From Camelus dromedarius (taxonomy: Eukaryota), in assembly GCF_036321535.1 (NCBI RefSeq), contig NC_087469.1, forward strand, positions 13,268,001 through 13,332,000: a stretch of DNA of 64,000 bases, in the 5' to 3' direction. Positions 23,241 to 34,212 of the stretch are shown here, piece after piece. Every line of letters begins with the position of its first letter. Within the stretch, counting starts at the first letter, position 1. Made by a program: the position numbers and the translations under genes. The notes under the pieces are model-generated. The model made no database searches, was not told the origin of the DNA, and was given only the letters and a program-made list of their open reading frames with translations.

Positions 23241-24473
23241 ATCCAAGTTAATACTATGGTAATTGCTTATGTATTATTTATGTGCCAGGAGCTCTTTTAA
23301 GTGCCTTACATCTCTAAACTCATTTAACCTTTAAAAAATCGTTAACTAGTAGGATTCGTTTTTACCTCTACGACCACAAACATGGTAGAGCCAGAATTTA
23401 AAGCCAGGCTTCTGGGTCCATTTTCTTAATTACAAAATCTCCCTGACATAGTATAGATATAAATTTAAATGTATTGAGCATCATTTTAAATAATTAAATA
23501 GATAAATAAAATATAACAAGATGTGTAAAGATGTCTGGAAGACAGACAGCATAGTGTGTTTGAGGCCATGAAAGAAATCCAGTCTGACCCGTGGAAAGTG
23601 GCCTGCAGTGAGGTCAAGGAAATAGGCAGAGAGAGGCTTTTGGAGGTGACTGTCATCTTAGGCCAGTAAAAGTGTTTTTTTTTGTTTTTTTTTTAATTTT
23701 AGTACAAATCCTCTGACTCTGAGCTTAGTGCACACCATAAGGAAACTGAAAATGTTTTCTCTGCTGTTACAAAGGCAATTCTGACAAGAAATAATTGTCT
23801 GTGCCTTATAAATGATATTGGGCTGCAATTGTTCAGTGTATCAGGCCAGTTCTTTTGGTTTCAAAGCACTGGTCTATTTCCTAGATGCCTGCCTAGTTAG
23901 TTAAACTGTAAGTTTAAATAGTTAAACTTACTTAGTTTCTCCAAAACATCCCAGATTTTAAGCGGTCATTTTCTTTTGTGATGCTAGCTAGCTGAGTTCT
24001 CATGTCAGTGATCTTGAATTCCTTCTGCATTTCACTGATCCTTATCTAACGTCCATTAATCCTGGAACATAAAATTCTAACTTCTTTAGTCATGTGTGTC
24101 TAACTTCTTTTAAGGCCCCTGGTTATTCCTGTATCTGATAGCTCTCTCTGTATGTGGTGTCATATCTCCCTGTATATCTGATAGCTCTCACAGATCTCTG
24201 GGCCCCTTGGTGCTTCCACTGCACTAAGTCTCAGGGTCAAGGGTCAAACAGTAGATGATTCCATGGCAGTTGGCAGCCTCGACAGCAGCCAGCCCAGGTA
24301 GAGGGGTGGAAAGTGGGACTGATCTTCTCTGTGCGCTACTTTAGCTTCTCACTGCCAACCCCTCCGCAATCACTGAAAGTCGAGATTTTGCCCTACTTCC
24401 TGTGACTAATCACATCAGAAGAGAAGAGCCATGTGAGAGATTGGTGGTGGTCAGCTTGAAATCCCCAGTCACA

Positions 24474-24645
24474 ATGGCGCAAATCAGAAATGTCCAGGCC
24501 ACCAACATGTTATTCTCCTCGTGGGCCTTGGTCTTCTTGGTGACGGGAATCATCTTAGAACAGTGGGTTGAACTGAAGTTGGGGCCAGAAAAGCCTAGCC
24601 TACCCCACAGCCCATGGATATGTTGCACTACTGATTGGCCAGAAG
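24474..24645 (+). CDS. TMEM225: TMEM225 coding exon 1
   Basis: MAQIRNVQATNMLFSSWALVFLVTGIILEQWVEL...HSPWICCTTDWPE matches the TMEM225 N-terminus (recalled human NILFSSWAVVLMVMGITLDKWVEL...HSPWMMCCPALWPE). Phase-1 donor G/GTCAG at 24646. Confidence 0.88.
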
Positions 24646-25214
24646 GTCAGAGCTATACTATGGAAAAGAGGTGGGCGGAGGGGAAGAGTTCGTCCTTCCT
24701 TGACTTCCATTCATCTCACCGTTATTTGCTAGTGCAAATAACTTCTGGTCGCAGGGAGCCCTCTTGCATAATCACCACGGTCAAGGTTGATGCCAAAGCT
24801 CACCATTTGCATCTTTTGGAGAAAAGTTTAGCGTCTCACATTCTTAGTTGCTGAACCTCTGAGAATCCTTGGCAGTAGCAGCAGGGTGGCCCAGCACGTC
24901 TAGCACATGAGGGTATGAATGAAAAGTGACTGGTGATGGGGAAAACAGGTTATATTGCCACTGAGCTGGAGTACCTAGCAAGAAATCAATTCTGAGAAAA
25001 GAGAAGAGAAAGACGCTTACAGAGACATCAGGAGAGAGAACAGTTTCATTTTGGTTCTCTCTCCCATTTAGCTTCAAATCTCTAAGCCTTAATTATTTAA
25101 TCAAATCTCCCACCTCATTCCTATTTTTACCTAGGGATTTGTGGGCCCCAGGGGGGCAATGAACCCAGAAGAAATATCTGTCCTTATCTCAATATAACTT
25201 CTGCTTTCCAACAG

Positions 25215-25361
25215 GTGGCCTGAAGGTGGTCAGGGACATGATGCTTTTGGTCTTCAGCCTTTCCTTGCTTCATAACCTGCTTCTGGGTTTGGAATTCACC
25301 TATATGATTCCTCAAACTAAACATATCCTCTTCATGACTGCCTCCCTCAGTTTCTTCACAG
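25215..25361 (+). CDS. TMEM225: TMEM225 coding exon 2
   Basis: Acceptor TTTCCAACAG; encodes (G)GLKVVRDMM...LLLGLEFTYMIPQTKHI...SLSFFT(G); donor GTAAC; 147 nt, phase 1 to phase 1. Confidence 0.9.
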
Positions 25362-25633
25362 GTAACTTCCCTGTCTTCCCTAACACAGACTTGGAGGCAT
25401 GCTTGGTTTGTGGGTCCAGGCTGTTGTCTCTGACTAACTCAGCCTTCCTAGTTCTTTGGCTTCGATATGCAGCTTCTGAGTTGGATCTACCACTGAAGTG
25501 GGATTGGCCTTTGGGTAAGGTGCAGTTGTGCAGGGTCGGGGTTTGGAAGTCAGGCATACCTTGGGCTAAGACTTGAGCAGAAGAGCCAGAGTTCCTTAGA
25601 AGAGACTTTTCTTACATTTTGTCTGGACATCAG

Positions 25634-25768
25634 GTGCCCTTCTGCTCTCTGCACTGGTGCTGTATCAACACCACCTAAGGCAAGCTGAATCTGTGTATCA
25701 CTGTAGTTACAGAGTCACCTGGAACTTCTTCATTGCTTACTCAACTATTTTCTTCTTTATTGCCTCTG
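25634..25768 (+). CDS. TMEM225: TMEM225 coding exon 3
   Basis: Acceptor CATCAG; encodes (G)ALLLSALVLYQHHLRQAESVYHCSYRVTWNFFIAYSTIFFFIAS(G), compare human LILYHNKLKQGQSMHFSNYRITW; donor GTGAG; 135 nt. Confidence 0.88.
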
Positions 25769-26484
25769 GTGAGTGTCTTCAGGGCCCCTGATGGGTGATG
25801 AAAACCAATCCATGCCTGATAGAGGGGAGAGTGAAAGGATGGGAAAGGGAACAGGGGGAAAGGTGCCAACCCTTGCATTTTAAAGGGCTAATGTTTGGTG
25901 GAGTCACATTCCGAAAACACTTCCTACAAGGATAGCATTGGATATGAGGGCTGAGTGAGATGTTCAACATGCTTGCCTCAGAGGGAGCTCCTCATTTCCT
26001 CCTTTTCTACTTTCTTTCACACCCTCCCCACTTCGGGGCAGGGATGACCGTTAACATCCTGATGAAGGAGAGTGGCTGAAAGGAAATGTTCACTTGGAGA
26101 GGGCAGTGACCCAGAGGGTGCAGTGTTCTCGTCAGTGCCGCCCGAGGTCAGAGAGTAGCAATACCTAGAGCTCAGTGGCTGCCTGCCGACACTGGAGGCG
26201 CTCCTTTTCTAAGAAGTCTTTAAAATTTCATTTGGAATTGTAGTTCCTAGCTCAGAAGCATGTCCTCTTTCAAAAAAAAAAAAAAAAAACCTCAATTTTG
26301 TTGAGTTGAGCAGCATTTGAGCTATTCTGCATACAGTCCAGTCTCTTCTGCCAAAGCCTCCCCCTTCTGAATGGCTTGGGGGCAGTTCCGAGGGAACCAC
26401 TGGGCTTTGGATCAGGGTCTCTCTGCCGATACAAAAGGGAAATGTTTCTGTGACTTTTCATTGTTCCTTTATGACCCTCCCTTG

Positions 26485-26720
26485 GCTTCTCTTTCCTACA
26501 GCACAAGCAGTCCATGAATAGCTCTGCCAGCCTCACCATCATCCCTGAATCTGCCCAGGAAGGTCAGGTTATGGAGCAGTCTGGGGCTTCCGTCAAAGAT
26601 CTTGTGTTACCAGCGGACGCTGCAGTGCCTCGCAGTATTGTCCATGTGTATGCCACACAGGCCAAAGACTCTCCAAGCAGAACGCAAGTCCAAGGCCGTC
26701 GTGTAACCTGGACTCTGTGA
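26485..26720 (+). CDS. TMEM225: TMEM225 coding exon 4 (5' boundary uncertain; the acceptor position reads TG)
   Basis: Open frame FSFLQHKQSMNSSASLTI...AVPRSIVHV...QVQGRRVTWTL-stop matches the TMEM225 tail (MPRSIV..., RVTWAL). In-frame joining needs a start at 26485, which is preceded by CCCTTG rather than AG. The full CDS would be 690 nt, 229 aa. Confidence 0.75.
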
Positions 26721-27206
26721 TCTGACGACTTATCTTTCAGGTGTACATTCGTCTTAATGGAAGCAGCATGTGGGTATGTGCTGTGTGTATATCCAACCAT
26801 ATTGTCTATGTTTGGCATTATGCAAATGACTGTGACTGATCAGGGTCTATAAGAAGATCCAGAAGCTTAAAAAAAATTTTTTTTTTATCCTGGTGAGCTT
26901 CTAATTTATTCTCATCATTTAAAGACATTTGTTATTAATATAATAAATATTACCATACACCTAATACTTGCTGTATTGTTAACTCTATACATCACAAAGA
27001 TTTAGAATACTATATACTTTTTTTTTTGACAACTCTCAAAGTACTTTTTATGGGGACCAAATCAAAATAACTCTCTATGAAAGGCTCCAGGGAACTCTGT
27101 GCAGGCAGAATTATATACAAACATAATCGTGTCACTCAAAAGATTAAATTAATACTTTGGAACAATCTACAGTGTATAGACCTAGACCATGATTCCCCAG
27201 TGCCTC

Positions 27207-27620
27207 TTTTTTTAGGAACATACATATATTCATTTTCATATTCTTTTTCACCATAAGTTACTATAATATATTAAATATAGTTCCCTGTGCTATACAGTAT
27301 GAACTTGTTGTTTATATATTTTATATATGTATCAGTTAGTATCTGAAAATCTCGAACTCCCAATTTATTCCTTCCTAGCCCGTTCCCCACCATGATAACC
27401 ATAAGTTTGTTTTCTATGTCTGTGAGTCTGTTTCTGTTTTGTAAATAAGTTCATTTGCTTCTTTTTCATAAAATTCCACATGTAAGTGATATATGGTATT
27501 CTTTCTCTTTCTGGTTTACTTCACTTAGAATGATGATCTCCAGGTCCATCCATGTTGCTGCAAATGACATTATTTTATTCTTTTTTATGGCAGAGTAGTA
27601 TTCCGTTGTATAAATACACT
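27207..27620 (-). mobile_element. L1 3' end (artiodactyl/camelid type)
   Basis: Reverse-complement L1 3'UTR plus the ORF2 C-terminus (IKKNKIMSFAATWMDLEIIILSEVNQKEK in ORF 27466-27732). Confidence 0.85.
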
Positions 27621-27761
27621 GTCTTAGAGCTGGCATTGAAACAAAATATTTTGACTCATGATTCAGTGCTCTTTCTGCCACTTCTGTGTTAATAGCTTCT
27701 TTCTTTAAAAAGGGGCAATTGAGATTTGACACTTACATCAGATTAAAAAAATTATATTCTA

Positions 27762-27966
27762 GACCTGTGCTGCCCAGTACTGTAACCACTAGCTACGTTG
27801 TAGCCACTGAGCATTTTGAAATGTGACTAGTTTGATTTGAGATGCACTGTAAGTATAATATGCCTTGTGAACTTCAAAGATTTGAATGACAAAAAAAAAT
27901 CATGTAAAGTAACTCAATAGCTTTTATGCTATTACATGTTTGAAAGATAATATTTTTTGGGTATAC
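27762..27966. mobile_element. MER33-like hAT-Charlie MITE relic, cut off by the ERV LTR
   Basis: GTAGCCACTGAGCATTTTGAAATGTGACTAGT...TTGAGATGCACTGTAAGT...ATTACATGTTTGAAAGATAATATTTTTTGGGTATAC resembles MER33 and stops abruptly at the LTR boundary. Confidence 0.55.
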
Positions 27967-28465
27967 TGAGTCCATCCCCAATAAGGGTCCTCCTGCCTGG
28001 TGTCACTCACACCAACAGAACGAGACTGAGTTCAATTCAGAAGCAAAGGAAAGCTTTATCCTTTGATGACAGAGTAGAGAGGTGTGAGCTCACGCGCTAG
28101 AGCCCAAGGTCTCGCGAGAAGGCTGTGGGTGGGGCGGCTTTATAGGGATCTCCCAGCGGGGAGGGGCGGGGCTCTCGCGAGGCTGCGCAGGCTTGTTGTT
28201 GCGGGCTCCCTGGGCAGCGTCTCCGCACACGGCCCGCCGCCGCGGCCGCCATCTTGGGTTGAGTTTGGCAGGCTGTGCTTCTAGAAGCAGTCTCTGAGCT
28301 GAGCTGTTGGGACACCTATTTCCGAGAAACGCAGGTCTGAAGTACTGAGGACGAGGCCTCCCCGTGCAACCTCCTCTGAGCAAGCGGAAAAGGTAAGACT
28401 TGGTTTTTATTATGCAGATTCTGTTTTTATTTCCCAGAAATTGTGAATGGGCTTTGTTGGTGACA
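27967..28465 (-). mobile_element. ERV1 3' LTR (about 500 bp, TG...CA), CpG-rich
   Basis: The minus strand starts TGTCACCAAC just after a purine-rich PPT-like tract and ends GGACTCA. It contains YY1 AAGATGGCGGC (28255-28245), GC boxes, TATAAA (28144-28139), two TCTCGCGA motifs and a GATAAA poly(A)-signal variant (28060-28055). Confidence 0.65.
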
Positions 28466-30250
28466 GATGCCTCCTGTGCCTCTTGTCCTGCTCCTCATTC
28501 TTGCGGGGCACTGAGGGGTGCCGGTCTGTTTTCTGGAACTACTTCCTGCTGATGCCGGGCGTCTTCGTAACCCCCAGCTGGGGAGCAGAACTTCTCCCAG
28601 CTGCCTTTAGTTGTGTTTGGTTGTCAGCAGGCCTCAGCCCTAGCTGTTTGTATCCCTCAGTAACCATCGTCTAATCTTTTGGGGACAAAGGACATGAGAC
28701 AATTTAGGATTCCTGGCCCAAATATTGGCAAGAGAATAATGATCACCTGTCAAATTTTTCCTAAAAATGAAGGTGTCTTGGTCTTTGGCCTGTGGGCAAA
28801 ATTGTGCCCTGATGTCTAGGCTCACTGCTGGCCCTGCTTTGGGTGTTTTTTGGAGAGCGGCTTCAGGTCAGAGAGGGGGTCATACAAGTAGTCAAAAGGG
28901 GCCGTCGCTCAGGTTGTCTCTCTGGAGTTTGAGGCTGGGGGCTTCTTCCCTCCAATGTGACGCCCCCATGGATAGAACAATGCCCTGCAGTTTCAGGGCA
29001 GATGAGTGTTTGGGATTACAGAGTGGGGTCCATCCCACGTAGGAGTGAACTAGTCTTGTGGGCGGCTGGTTTTCCAGGGCTTTAGATGTACCCAGTTTCC
29101 CAGCCAGAAGTGGGGGAGGGCCAGATGAGTGTGGGCGGGCAGCACCTGGTCACCTATTCTGTGAAAGCGTTCATGATTTATTCCACCTGGAGGGCAGACT
29201 TGAGTTGTTCCATTTCAAGGGAGTTAAGGTATCTCTTCTCTTTGATTTGGGGAATGGGTCTACGTACATACAAATACCCTTCACTTTAACCTATCCATTG
29301 GGGCTAACGCCATGCTGAGCAGGGCAATTGGAAGCAGCTTAATCCAATTTTCTTGAGTTTCCTGACACAGCTTGACTGTTTCAAGGTCTGATTGGGTCTC
29401 TCTACTTTCCTTGCTGATTGGAGTCTCCAGGCTGAGTGCGAGCAAGGTCCATTCTATGCCTAGGGCACTCCTTATCCCCTTCCTAACTTGAGACACAAAT
29501 GCCAGACCATTATCACTTTATTGGGATCCTGGGAGCCCAAACCTGGGGATTATCTCTTAGTAATGCCCTAGCCACTTCAGCTTCCATTTCAATTCTAGCA
29601 GGGAGTGCTTCTGTCTACCCAGAAAATGTGTCTACTAGCACCAAGAGATAACCTGAAATTGCCCTGTACTCGTCATGACTGTGAAATGAATCTGCCAGTC
29701 TTCTATAGGATATGTCCTTCTGGTCTCAATGGGCCTTACCGGGGGGCCTCCGGAGGGTACGGTGTTGGGGTTGTTCATTGTGCACAGGGGGCATGTCTCA
29801 ACTATCTAACTCATACTTTTCATGCCAGGAGTTACCATGACCTCAGGTAACCGATTACATAGGGCTTTCCTCCCATAGTGAGTTCCTTGATGAGCCTCCC
29901 TAATGGCTGCACAAGCTGCATCTGGGGAAAGAAGTATTTTCTTTGTTCATTAACTACCCACCCATGGCCTCCTGGCTCTTTCATTGAAGCTCCGTTTTTT
30001 GGCTTTATCTAATTCTTCCTTTGTGTAGATGGGGGAATCATGGGATGGATCTGGCTTTCGAGGTATGAGGACTCATTGCCAAGTTACTGGTTCTAGGGTC
30101 ATCCTTTTGCCAGCTGTGTCTGCCTTGTTACTTTCCTTTTTTAACTTTTTATCCCCCTTTGGTGACCCTTGCAATGAATTACTGCCACCTTTTTTGAAAG
30201 TGTACTGCTTCTAAGAGCTTCAGATGCTTAAGCCATGCTTCACCTGTTCT
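28466..30250 (-). mobile_element. ERV1 (gammaretrovirus-like) internal remnant: RNase H, integrase and env tail; 5' part missing
   Basis: Interrupted minus-strand translation: LLEAVH..KVAVIHCKGHQ (RNase H); HQGTHYG...CPLC (HHCC zinc finger); EDWQI.FT...YLLVLVDTFSG...DNGLAFVSQV...ALGIEW...KLCQETQENWIKLLPIALL (integrase core); LLPIFGPGILNCLMSFV (env cytoplasmic tail). Many stops and frameshifts. Confidence 0.85.
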
Positions 30251-30587
30251 GTGCAGTAATAGCTTTTTAAATTGCTTTTGAATTTCAAAAATTACATGAC
30301 CTGAATTAGGTGAGTCCGTGTAGTAGATTATTTTGGAGGGTGGTCAGATATATAAGATAAAAATTTTAGCTCTGGCCTAGTGGAACTTATAGTTTAGTAG
30401 ATGGCTACATAGATACTGGTTAGCATCATTCATTTTTACGTGGAGTAAGATGTAATTTATATAAAAATTCTTCCTATAAACTAAACATCCTAATACAATG
30501 TGTTGTAACCAGCTATTGGAATGCATATTACACTGCCATGGGATCTCTTAGTCTATGTATAGGTGAAAAAACACTGAAATGTAAAAT

Positions 30588-30919
30588 GGTACAGTTCTAT
30601 CTTTCATGCAAGGAGGTTCTTCAGAGAGGATGCAGAAGTTTTTTAAGGATGGGCTTTACATGATCATGCAATGCATTCTGGCGACACAGAGAAGCAGCAG
30701 AGAGGTTCAGAGGAGAAAACAAGAGCAAAGAAAGCTGGTTTCAGCTCTTGGAGAGAATAACCTAAAATAGGGCCTCTCAAACTTTAATGTGCACGCACAT
30801 CTTGGGGGGATCTTGCTAAGGTGCGGATCCTGGTTCAATTCCTGTGGCTTAGGACCTGAGACTGTGCATTTTAACAGATTCCCTAATGATGTTAGTGGTG
30901 CACGTTGAGTCGCAAGGAC
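30588..30919. repeat. Copy B of the approximately 330-bp inverted duplication
   Basis: Reverse complement of 21292-21616 (see copy A). Confidence 0.85.
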
Positions 30920-31959
30920 CTCGAGCAGAGGAATGTAGAACAACAGGAAGTACAAACTGCCCAGGGTGGAGCAAACCTGGCCGTATTGAAGAATCAGAGA
31001 AGGCAGTATGGCTGAAGAGTAGTGAGATGGGTGAAGGTGGTACAAAGGAGGTTAGATATGTAGGCGAATGCTAGATCATGCAAGGAGTTGTAACCTTATT
31101 CTAAGTACAAAGAGAAGCCACTGGTATATTTCAAAAGCAGAGTGATGTAATCCGTTTTACACTTGAAAAATATTTTCTAGTTGTGGATTAGCATATCTAT
31201 AGAGGTGTGCACGTGTGTGTGGGCGTGTATATGTTGTTGGGGGGGCGTTTTGATAGGGAAAGGTGGAGCTGTTGGTCAGAGTAAACACTCAGAACACTTT
31301 GCGTCTCCTGAAATTATATTGGAAATAGAAGATGTAATTTTAATGGCAATAGACATGAAAATGGATGGATTCAAGACACAGTTTTGATATTGAATCAATA
31401 TGGCTTGCTGTTGAATTCAAAGAGTGATGCCAGAGAATGATACATGTTGATAAAGTAAAATAAAAATTTAGAAATTAGGACAATAAAAATAAAATGAGTC
31501 GAGGCCTCAAAGAAAATAACAAAAATAGAGCAAAAAAGCCTAAATTGTTGCAAAGTTTGAGCTTAGTGTCTGAGTTTCTAAGTAGCCAAAACAAAGGTAT
31601 TTGTGATAGTAGAGTTAGCTACACAACTCACGTTAATAGAAAAAGGAAGCATTTCAGTTATTCACAGTAAGCAATTTTCTTACAAAGTTGTAAAAAAAAA
31701 ACTCACCTCCAATTTCTTCCCCCTCCCCCAAAGAAACAAAAAATTTACATAGATTTTATATGAGTTACTAAAAGATGCTAGGAGGTAGAGCTTTTGAAAG
31801 GAGAAAAGTTATGTTTTTATATAAAGTATACCTCCTTGGGTTCTGTCTGCCTCATGGAATACCTTTCCCTTGATACTGCTAAGTTAAGTTGGGCTTAAAA
31901 TCTTTTACTACTTTAAAGAAGATACTCCTCACCCATGTTTAAAAGATTAATTGAGAAAA

Positions 31960-33560
31960 TTGAGAGAGAGGAGGCTAGAAATAGATTAAACCAGGGATAT
32001 AGATCCCCCACATAAATAGGTTAAATAGAAAAATTGTATCATAATCTCAATTGATGCAGAAAAAGCATTTGTTAAAATCCAGTCATTCGTGTTTATCAGC
32101 AAACTTGAAATAGAGGGCAACTTCTTAGTAAATACTTAGGTATGAAGTTGTGTATGGTTGCTTTATGCTGATAATTACAAAATATTGAGGAAAGAAGTCA
32201 AAGAAGATCTAAATAAATGAAGTCATACCATGCTCATGGATTAGATGACTCAAGAGTAAAGATATTAGTTTTCCCAAAATAGTTAATGAAATTCCCATAA
32301 GGCCCCAGCAAAGTTTTTTTTTTGTAGACACAGAAAAAGTTTTTCTAATAAATGGAAAAGCACAAATGTTAGAATAGCTAAAACAATCCTGTGAAAGGGA
32401 AATAAAGTGAGAGGAGTCACTCTGCACACTGCTGAGTTCTACTGTATAGCTATAATGTAATCAAGATGGTTTATTATTGATAAAGGGAAGATGCATAGAT
32501 ACAAAAAACAAAGTAAAGCCTCAGAAATAGATCCACACAAATATGTGTAACTTTTTTTTTTGACAAAGATGCAAAATCATTTGAATGCAGAAAGGATAGC
32601 ATTTTTAACAAATGGCACAGAAGCAATTGGATATCCATGGTCCGAGAAAAGAACCTTGACCCTTAATTCTCACACCTGGAAAGTTGAAAGAAAATACAAG
32701 CTACAGAGCAGGAGAAAATATTTTCAAATCACAAAGAACTAGTGTCTAGATTAGACAAATTGCTTTCAAAATTAAACAGTAAGTAAATAAATAATCCAAT
32801 TAGTAAATGGCAAAACATATGAATAGACAATTCAGAGAAGGTATTCAAATAGTAAATAAATACATGAAATAATGTTAAAAATCATTAGCCATTAAAGATA
32901 TGAAAATTAAAGCTAAGGGGAGATATAACTACAAACCCATCAGAAAAACTGAAAAAAAATAGCGACAACACCAAATACTGGGCAGGGATGCAAAAAAAAA
33001 AAAAAAAAAAAGACTAGATAAATAAGTTTTTAGAAATTAGCCAGTTTCCTATAAAACTAACCATGTGATCACCATAAGGCTCAGCAGTTGCATTTGTGGG
33101 CATTTATCCCAGATAAATAAACTTACACTCACACAAGGAGCTATATACGAATGTTAATAGCAGCTTTTTTTTGATAATAGCCCCAAACTGGAAACAACCT
33201 AGATCTCCAATGGGTGAATGATTAAGCAGCCTGTAAAACATTCATACCATGGCATAGTACTACTCAGCAATAAAAATGAACCAACTACTGATACAGACAA
33301 AAACTTGGATGAATTTCCAGGAAATTGCACTGAGAGAAAGAGCGATTCTCCAAAGTTTATGCCCTGTGTTATTCCATTTATATAACATTCTTGAAAAGGC
33401 AAAATTATAATAATGGAAAACAGGTTAGTGGTTGCTTAGAGTCAGGGATGAGGGGAAGAAAGATGTGGCTATGAAGGGACAACATGAGGGATCTTTGTGG
33501 AGATGGAACTGTTTTGCATCTTGAATGTATCAATACCAATATCCTAGTAGTGATAGTTTA
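31960..33560 (+). mobile_element. Ancient L1M ORF2 and 3'UTR fragments
   Basis: ATCTCAATTGATGCAGAAAAAGCATTTG (ISIDAEKAF), GAAGATCTAAATAAATG, CAGAAATAGATCCACAC and a 3'UTR-like end (TGGAACTGTTTTGCATCTTGA). Confidence 0.75.
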
Positions 33561-33885
33561 TAGTTTTGTAAGATGTTAGCATGCTGGGAAACTTGATACA
33601 GACATGATTTCTCTCTGTATGTTAAGAATATTAAAAAAACCTGTAGGCAGACTCTGGAAATTTTCCATTGAGGATATGGGAAGACACAGAGAAATAATTT
33701 ATACAATAGATTTAAGAGATGAAGATGATTGAAAAATATGGGTTTATTTTTAACTCTGTCTTGGGGGATGTACAATCCCTGGAGTGAAGTGTAAACTAGA
33801 TTAAAATACTGAGTCTCTAAGGAATTAAAGAACATGATCCAGAGTGTAAATACAGTCCCCTTATTTCTTTTACACACAGACTCTG

Positions 33886-34212
33886 TTCCCTGGGGGAGAG
33901 GCTGAGCAAGCTCCTACCCTGTTTATAATCAAGTGAGCTTTACCATTAAGCTCACGTTCAATCTTCCGTTCATATCAATAAACAATGCTGTTATTTATTT
34001 ATTTATGCATGCTGCTTGAGAAGACATTCATGATCTGAAATTAATACTTGTAGTTCAGAAATGTTTCCAGGGCATATCTGAAATTAAGTTTGGGTAGCAT
34101 CCTTCTAGAATCAAAGGAACCAAAAACCTTAGAATCTGAAACTGCCTTTCCAGGACCACAAGGGTAAATACCACGGATGAATTCTAAGGTTTCTGGACTA
34201 AGGAAGGTGAGT
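33886..34212 (+). promoter_or_regulatory. Probable promoter and 5'UTR exon of the OR8B-like gene
   Basis: EBF-like TTCCCTGGGG at 33886-33895 and a consensus donor AAG/GTGAGT (GT at 34207). The donor pairs plausibly with the acceptor TTTTCTCCCATGTCCACAG at 34921-34922, 16 nt before the ATG. The pairing is inference. Confidence 0.45.

Noticed and set aside
28097-28315. ORF containing MAAAAAGRVRRR as the first exon of a new protein-coding gene
   Set aside because: The ATGGCGGCC is the YY1 motif inside the LTR. The frame closes after about 50 codons, and I saw no donor or downstream exons on that strand.
30235-30305. Resumption of the MER33 element after the ERV, which would define the insertion site
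   Set aside because: The similarity is weak and AT-rich, and it overlaps sequence better explained as ERV RNase H.
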